Shown here piece by piece: positions 28,733-36,848 of a stretch of 36,848 nt of DNA (the first letter of the stretch is position 1; every line of letters begins with the position of its first letter). Position numbers and translations under genes: made by a program. Location of the stretch: the NCBI GenBank assembly GCA_043381765.1, contig JBHJMP010000875.1, positions 1 to 36,848 on the forward strand, in the 5' to 3' direction. This stretch comes from Collodictyon triciliatum. Taxonomy: Eukaryota. The notes below the pieces were generated by a model. The model searched no databases and was not told the origin of the DNA. It worked only from the letters and a program-made list of their open reading frames with translations.

Positions 28733-30428
28733 AGACCCATCGAAGGCTTCGCAATTCGCAGCTATTTCTTTCCGTTCCAATGCTTGTACGAAAAAATCCC
28801 CGAGTTGCACGTAAGTCCAGGAAGACCCGTGCAAAGAAGCCTCTTTCAAGTCTTTCTGAGCGGATAGTATTCTTTTACGGGGTCGAGCAAGTCGTCCGCA
28901 ACAAGAAAAAGGCCCGCAGGCTAACAGATTCGCTCGCCTTCTTCTTGAAAGCGAACAAACTTTGGGAACAGTCCATCCAATTGCGTTTAACAGACAGTGA
29001 AGGGCCTTTGCCTGATCGCCTTCTGCATTGCAGAGAACGCCCGAAAGCTTCTGGAGATGAAGCAAGTAAGTTTGATCCATAATATGTTCAGCTTTAGCAG
29101 AATTAAACCAACAGAGACCTCGTTCATACTCTACCAACTACCGCTGGACGTGTGACCGAAACTTATTCGTGAGATGCTGAAACCGTTAAGACCGACCCAC
29201 GCGGAGATCAAAAAGGACAAAGGCTTCTTCACAGACACGGCCGTGGTGAAGCTTCTCTGTCACAAGAACCAACTCCCTGCAAAGTTTACGGTCATGGGCA
29301 AAAAGTGTACAAAACGCAACTTAAAAAAAGGACATCCTTCGGTCTCATAGGACAAAAAAAACGAGCAAAATAATACCCTAGCCAAGCACCCAAGCAGCAA
29401 CAGGGTCAAGGAAGCCAACTCCAGGCAACAACAGAGTCCGCAAGACTCACAGCAGATACGCGCATACAGCGACAGCGACGACGACATGGAAGGAAATCTC
29501 GGTTATTCTTCAGATTCCTCTCACTCGAGCCCTTCGTTGACAACACCGGACAAGCACGCACATCGCAAGACCCAAGAGCAGCGCATCTCCAAACCCCGAA
29601 GGAATTCCCCCTTAAACTACCCATTCAGACTGACGTGAATATGGTTAACATAGGAGGCCTCAAGGCAGTCTTCGTTACTTATCCGAAAGGATACTCCAAA
29701 GCAAAGGCAACACAAGAACCAGCGCCCAATAAAGATATTCCATTTACCCTGCCCCAGTCCGTCGCACCAAGAACCAAGGAGCAAGAGCAAACAGCACAAG
29801 TCGAGTCCAAGATTGAAACTCCACGCACCAAAGACAGTCAGAACAAGTAGGAGTGTATGTTTATAAAACCACAAACGCGTATCCATACTCCGGTTATGCA
29901 AGTCCACTGCCGGCTATGCATGGTTAAGAAACCAGAGGACGGTCAAGCGCCACTTCCGTGAATACCAGGCAAACATAGACGGATCTCTTTTATCTGAATC
30001 CCCCAGCAAGAAACGCAAGGAAAGTGACCCGTTGTCTCCTCAATAGGTTCATCCTGTGGAATGAAATAGGATATAAATCATTTCTGGGATAGATGGTTGA
30101 AAGGACTCGTCGGAATCGATTTTCGAAGAAACTGCCATGTACATACTTTCATCGACCCGAATACTTTATCCGCTCTTCTGTCAGTCTCGAACGCAACCAG
30201 AAATCGCGTTGGATCTATATCACCTCCGGTATAATAATCTGTATATGAGAACAATACTCTCCTTTTCTTTTTTCTTTTTTCTTCCTTCCACTTAAAACAC
30301 AAAAACTCTAACCACACAATCCAGGGTTTTCCACTGTCTTGTCCACAGCTCATTTTTGTCCTTTAGGTGAAGGCGTCTCAACCCGCTCTGTTTTCTCTCC
30401 ATTAAATGTTGAAAAGAAACAAAAAAAC
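28733..30428 (+). mobile_element. Family A element, copy 2 (decayed, ORF1-like frame with stops and frameshifts)
   Basis: Co-linear with copy 1. The frame ends HPVE* at ~30064, followed by ~170 bp of conserved sequence, a pyrimidine tract, the conserved 3' terminus and an A run. The 5' boundary is approximate. Confidence 0.8.
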
Positions 30429-30439
30429 CACCAACAATC

Positions 30440-31296
<857 letters not shown>

Positions 31297-31491
31297 TATA
31301 CTCTGGAAAGTTACAAAGAAACATATGCTACGGTCCTCGTGGACTGTGAACATAATATTTCTACAATTACTCTGTTGCAAAAGAAAATCAATCTATCAAG
31401 TCTAGGAATCTTGTTTCTATACATTTTCTTGAACAGATTATAAAAAAACATCCAAATTATTGGCTACTTTTTACTGCAAGAGAATAGAGAT

Positions 31492-31589
31492 TTTTTTTGG
31501 TTTCTTTTCAACAGTTTATTGAGATAAAAAACAAAGGCGGGGAAACCGCCTTCACCTCTAGGACAAAAATGAGCTGTGAACAAGACACT
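31492..31589 (-). mobile_element. Family A 98-bp 5'-truncated copy with a 14-bp TSD (1 mismatch)
   Basis: The reverse complement matches the family A terminus including AATAAA and the A tail. Flanked by aag(a/t)gaatagagat at 31478-31491 and 31590-31603. Confidence 0.88.
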
Positions 31590-32366
31590 AAGTGAATAGA
31601 GATGAGAAAATGTGTTGTGAAATATCGCTCACAACATTTTACCTATAGTCTATTCGAGGTAAAGTTTTTTCTTCATAATGAAGCAATTGATCAATCATAG
31701 ATCCATAATTTGAATCGGACAGAAGAAAAAAAACCAAGGGCTGATCCTCTTCATTTTTAATTTTATTAACACCTTTATTTTTATATCTCCAAATGCTTTA
31801 CAACGTCTTTATATTATTTTACTATTTTTTTATATTCGATTCAAGTAAGAGTTTTTTATGTCGATGGACCGGCTTAGTTACTTTTAATCGAATAAATGGT
31901 ACAGTTTGGTCGTTTTTTTGCCTTCTTTTGAAATTAATGAAATACATTGTTTAAGGGGTACAGGAAAGCAGGATAAGGAAGCTTTATTAATGCCTCATCA
32001 CTATGCACCCGAAAGGGTCGATAATAGTTACAACTATAAAGGCTTGCAACTACCAGGAGCCCTGACCTGGATTCCATCTAGGGTCAGATTTCCCCTCCTC
32101 TGAAGTCAAATGATGCACAAATGACGTTCGAGTACGGAGACAATCTACTTATCAAACACACGTCCTCTTTCAACTCTTGGCTACGAAATATTGTATGATG
32201 CTATTTTTACCCTGAATAGTGCTTTTAATAACTTGAATACCTTCATTTCAATTGGATAATACAGGTACCCATATTAAAAATATGACATGAAATATTTCAT
32301 TGAAAATAAGATTGTTAACGAGATTTCTTAACCTTTAGATCTATTATTATGAGCATGACTATTAAT

Positions 32367-32510
32367 ATGATTATGATTATGATTATGATTATGATTATGA
32401 TTATGATTATGATTATGATTATGATTATGATTATGATTATGATTATGATTATGATTATGATTATGATTATGATTATGATTATGATTATGATTATGATTAT
32501 GATTATGATT
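32367..32510. repeat. (ATGATT)n microsatellite
   Basis: About 24 perfect units. Confidence 0.99.
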
Positions 32511-32874
32511 ATAATTATCTTTATACGAAAAAATTATGAGAATTGGAATGAAAAATTTCTTCTATTACTTTATTCAACGTCATACTCTTTAAAAAAAATC
32601 AATCACAATATATTGATCTTGTATGATTTTAATGAGAAAATAATAATAATAATAATAATGAAAAATTGATATTAAAGTCGAATCAAAAAGTTAAAAAAAG
32701 TATTCAAAAGAATAGAGACATATCATTGTAAATTGAAAATAAACCCTGAATTTTATAGGGTTAGTAATTGTTTCTAATGAAAACCAGGATTGTAAATTTG
32801 TTATCTTTTTTATAAATCTGCACAATCACTGGTCTTGTATAAGTTTATTTTTATAATTTATTAAAATATATGGT

Positions 32875-32926
32875 CTCCTCACCTTTTCTTTTCTCTCGAT
32901 AAACTATTGAAAATAAACCAAAAAAT
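32875..32926 (+). mobile_element. Family A extreme 3'-end remnant
   Basis: ttttctctcgataaactattgaaaataaaccaaaaaa vs ttttctctcaataaactgttgaaaagaaaccaaaaaa at ~13018-13054. Confidence 0.65.
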
Positions 32927-33161
32927 AAGAATATCTTACCCAATTCTGCTTCGCGTCGCCACATTATACCAAAGAATAAATAATTAGTCCAGACTTCAGT
33001 GATTTACAAGAAAGTCCAATGTTAATAAAATAAAAAAGAAAACTTATTTGCCATGGCATGAATGATATGAGAATTTTTTTGGATTTTAAGATAAGGTCGG
33101 GTTTAATATTTTGAGAAGCCAAGTCCCTGAATGAGTTAAATAATTGCTTTTGAATCAAGTG

Positions 33162-33664
33162 NNNNNNNNNNNNNNNNNNNNNNNNNNNNNNNNNNNNNNN
33201 NNNNNNNNNNNNNNNNNNNNNNNNNNNNNNNNNNNNNNNNNNNNNNNNNNNNNNNNNNNNNNNNNNNNNNNNNNNNNNNNNNNNNNNNNNNNNNNNNNNN
33301 NNNNNNNNNNNNNNNNNNNNNNNNNNNNNNNNNNNNNNNNNNNNNNNNNNNNNNNNNNNNNNNNNNNNNNNNNNNNNNNNNNNNNNNNNNNNNNNNNNNN
33401 NNNNNNNNNNNNNNNNNNNNNNNNNNNNNNNNNNNNNNNNNNNNNNNNNNNNNNNNNNNNNNNNNNNNNNNNNNNNNNNNNNNNNNNNNNNNNNNNNNNN
33501 NNNNNNNNNNNNNNNNNNNNNNNNNNNNNNNNNNNNNNNNNNNNNNNNNNNNNNNNNNNNNNNNNNNNNNNNNNNNNNNNNNNNNNNNNNNNNNNNNNNN
33601 NNNNNNNNNNNNNNNNNNNNNNNNNNNNNNNNNNNNNNNNNNNNNNNNNNNNNNNNNNNNNNNN
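33162..33664. other. Assembly gap
   Basis: Run of N. Confidence 1.
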
Positions 33665-35964
33665 AAAAAAAAATGACAGCCCGATCCTTTTTTTTGGGGG
33701 GGTTTCTTTTGCAAACACGAGTACCCCACAACATTATTTTTGCCGACTGTGTGGTAAAAAAGAATGGATTGAAATTTTATGTTTGTGTCTTGTTTTCATT
33801 CTTGGAAATTTTAAAATTTAATGTCATAAAGAACGATAACCTCAAAATTTGCATTTTAAACCAAAAAAATAGATTGAAAAAGTGGACTTTGATATCAACA
33901 GTGAAATTTATGGTAAGTTTCTGTGTCAAAACCAGATACGAATATCTGGCTTTTATATTAAAAAATGGAGCTTATGATAAAAAAAATAGCACAATTATAC
34001 TCGAGAACCTCTGATTTCATATATATGAGCATGGTTGCATATATTTACTTAATTCGACCCCTGTTCAATGGATATTTGTATGCAAGATGATTAGTTTGAT
34101 GCATTTTTTATGTGCATATTCATTTAATTTACCGCAGGGGTGATATGAACCCAATTAAAAAGAAAATGGAATAGAGCTATATACAACTCTCCCGTCTTCA
34201 AACGTGTTCTGACTCGAAATTCGTTGAAGGTATACCTTTGTATATCTTTACATCATGTCATGACACATTTATGGTTTGTTTTTCCGTTTTCTTTTCACAT
34301 ATGTAAATTGATTGCAAATAAATTTAATTACATATTGCATGATTGATATGATCCCTGTCATAATATGATCTAGTGTGTATTAACTACTGAATAATGTAAA
34401 GTAATCAAAGTCTAGGGACTACTCCAGCTATACATATTATTTTTTTTGCACAAGCTTAAAGGAAGAACAGAAAACTAGGTTGCATTAAATTTTGTTACGA
34501 ATTGTCTTAACTTCAAATGCGATTGTAATAACTTACTTTTCTGATGACGATGAAGCTTTCAACATGATTTATGTTCTTTATATTGCTTTTTTTTTATGAT
34601 TTGGTAAGGTATATGAAAGAGTTTTTTCAAAGTATGCGGTGAAACGCTGTAGGAAAGATTCTACTGTTTATTCGATTTAATGGAATGATTTTTGGTTTAT
34701 CTTTATGAGTTATGATTTTTTTTTCTGCGCTATGTTTGAGGAAAATGACGGGTACCGGAGTCGGGTCAAGAACGCTTGGTAGAGAAACTGAAATGGATGC
34801 TCATCAATACAGACCTATGACAGTTTGTGGATCAAATAAAATAAAGAAATATACACCCTACCCTGCATTATAGCTCCAAATAGCTGATGCTTTTAGGATG
34901 TGAATGTTGGAATACCGGAGCGCGGTTTTTTTTTCATTTAGTCATATACCGTGATATCTAGCTCATATGATATAAAACAATATCGACAAATAAGTTTTGG
35001 GGGCTGGGAAAAAACCTTACCATCTAATATCTCAAAAAAATGCAATTGTATTGGATGCTTAATGAAAATTAACCGTTTTGGTGGAAAAAAAAGCAACAAT
35101 TTATCAAGCATGTAAGCAATATTTAGGATTCAGAATGCGGGATTAATGTTTTTTGTATCCATGCATTCCAACTTTCTATGTGCAGCTAAAGCTATTTATC
35201 CCAAATATAATAGATATAACGCGTTAAGATATCGGTCGCATTTTCTAACTCAGAATTTACGGATCTATCTTTACTCATATCAGCAATTCCGGACACCAAT
35301 ACACTCAGACAGCTATCCTAAATTTTGTACCAGACTTGAATTTAAATGAATAGGATGTATGATATAAATATTAGGATATAAAGATCTACATAGGATACTT
35401 TGAATATAATAAAGGAAAAAAATAAAGATTTACATAGGATATTCTTTTTTATTTGCAATCAATATACATTTTCTCTTGAACTGCGCTTGTATCTGAATAG
35501 AAATGCTTCAATAACTGAAGAATATATTGTGGTTCTGTTGTCTCATGTAATGCTCTTTAGAGCGTAGGAGGCATTCTATGTTTTCTATCCCTATTTAAAA
35601 TATACAAATTGAATAATATATTAAAAGCAATGAAATAAGGAATATGCATAATTTAGAACAAGAAAAATAGCATAATAAAGTAATATATCACAAAGTTAAA
35701 ATTATTATAATGAGAATAGATAAAGCAAGAGGCTTATGCGATAACAAATAAAAAAACGGAAACAAAAATAACCCAAATACTTAGAATTGAAAACATCTGT
35801 GAAGAGGAATATCTGTGTAGCCATTTTTCTCTTGCATTACTCATCCTTAAAATAGTTTGCATTCATCTGCACTTGAAATGTCTCTGTATATTGTCTCTCT
35901 CTTGTCACATTTTTTCTTGGTTGCTACCACTTACTCGCTTGACCTCACCTCATATGACCTTATA

Positions 35965-36070
35965 TCATCTCATCTCATCTCATCTCATCTCATCTCATCT
36001 CATCTCATCTCATCTCATCTCATCTCATCTCATCTCATCTCATCTCATCTCATCTCATCTCATCTCATCT
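35965..36070. repeat. (TCATC)n microsatellite with degenerate flanking units
   Basis: About 21 perfect units. Confidence 0.99.
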
Positions 36071-36780
36071 TATGTCATCAAATAGCATCACATATACAAA
36101 TCTTCTTTTATAATTACATCTCATCTCATATCCTTCTGCTCCATTTTCGCTCCTCTACACGAATCTGAGCTCATCTGCACTTCAAAAATTATACCCTCTG
36201 CTTCATCTCACATCTCCGTTCCTTGGTCGATCCCCTCTGCTTCATCTCCTCCCATCATCTGATCTCCGTTCCTTGGTCGGTACCGTGTCGGGTTTAGCAA
36301 CTATCCCTCTCTCTGTTTCTCACTTGCTCGCCTCTTCTTTCCTTGGTTGCTCCCGTCTCTGACTTCGCTATCATCTGCTGTTCGTTCCCTGGTAGCTGCC
36401 ATCTCGGGTTTCGCTATCATCTCCTCTCGACTCCATGCCTTGGTTGGCTTCCATCTATGTGTCATTACAGTTATTCACTTGTTATATTAAATATCACTTT
36501 TTATCAACCTGATTTCCTTGGTCTAGACCCTTGCATCTACACTAAGAAACGCTCTTTATATACGATTGGATTGGTCTAACCCTTTTTAGTAGCTTATTAT
36601 TACCTTTCATCAGCGATTGTGATGGTCTCTCTTTCTCACACGAATAATAAAAATAAATCACAAGAAAGAAAAGAATTATTAAATAAAAAAAATTTAAACC
36701 ATATATCTTTATATAACATTGTCCTTTGGATTCTATACAATAATACATGGTGGAGATAACACTGTATATATTTTTATCAC

Positions 36781-36848
36781 ACTGCGACTGCGACTGCGAC
36801 TGCGACTGCGACTGCGACTGCGACTGCGACTGCGACTGCGACTGCGAC
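36781..36848. repeat. (ACTGCG)n hexamer repeat running to the window end
   Basis: 11 perfect units plus a partial unit. Confidence 0.99.

Noticed and set aside
32061-32087. Hairpin ctgacc...ggtcag as a structured ncRNA
   Set aside because: A single short stem with no tRNA/snRNA motifs and no second copy.
36781-36848. Terminal (ACTGCG)n as a telomere
   Set aside because: It has no G-run telomere-type motif, and the window has many other perfect microsatellites, so a contig break at a simple repeat is more likely. Only recurrence at many contig ends would change this.

Overview
Intron-rich, AT-rich eukaryotic DNA (probably a protist or early-diverging fungus; the lineage cannot be fixed from this window), with two assembly gaps. 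Three intact spliced genes can be rebuilt by hand in the standard genetic code. (1) An M17 leucyl aminopeptidase (+, 408-4379, 14 exons). (2) A signal peptide-LRR-Cys-rich-multipass (about 7 TM) receptor-like gene (-, 12065-6630). Its core is an array of eleven exactly 69-nt, phase-1/phase-1, one-LRR-per-exon cassettes with a conserved framework and hypervariable concave-face residues. (3) A giant single-pass receptor (+, 14014-28123, about 53 exons) with the layout [12 Kelch-CUB-Cys-rich]x2 - TM - kinase - class III adenylyl-type cyclase - kinase. Genes 2 and 3 are head-to-head and are bracketed by two outward-facing decayed copies of a ~1.7-kb non-LTR-type element that seems to carry an ORF1-like frame but no reverse transcriptase. 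Three separate retroelement 3'-end families have left short A-tailed insertions, four of them (33-187 bp) bounded by 14-17-bp target-site duplications. A decayed LINE zinc-finger remnant and several microsatellites are also present. The most interesting candidates are the modular hypervariable LRR-exon receptor and its divergently paired kinase/cyclase receptor. Domain calls come from motif recognition by eye, not database searches.
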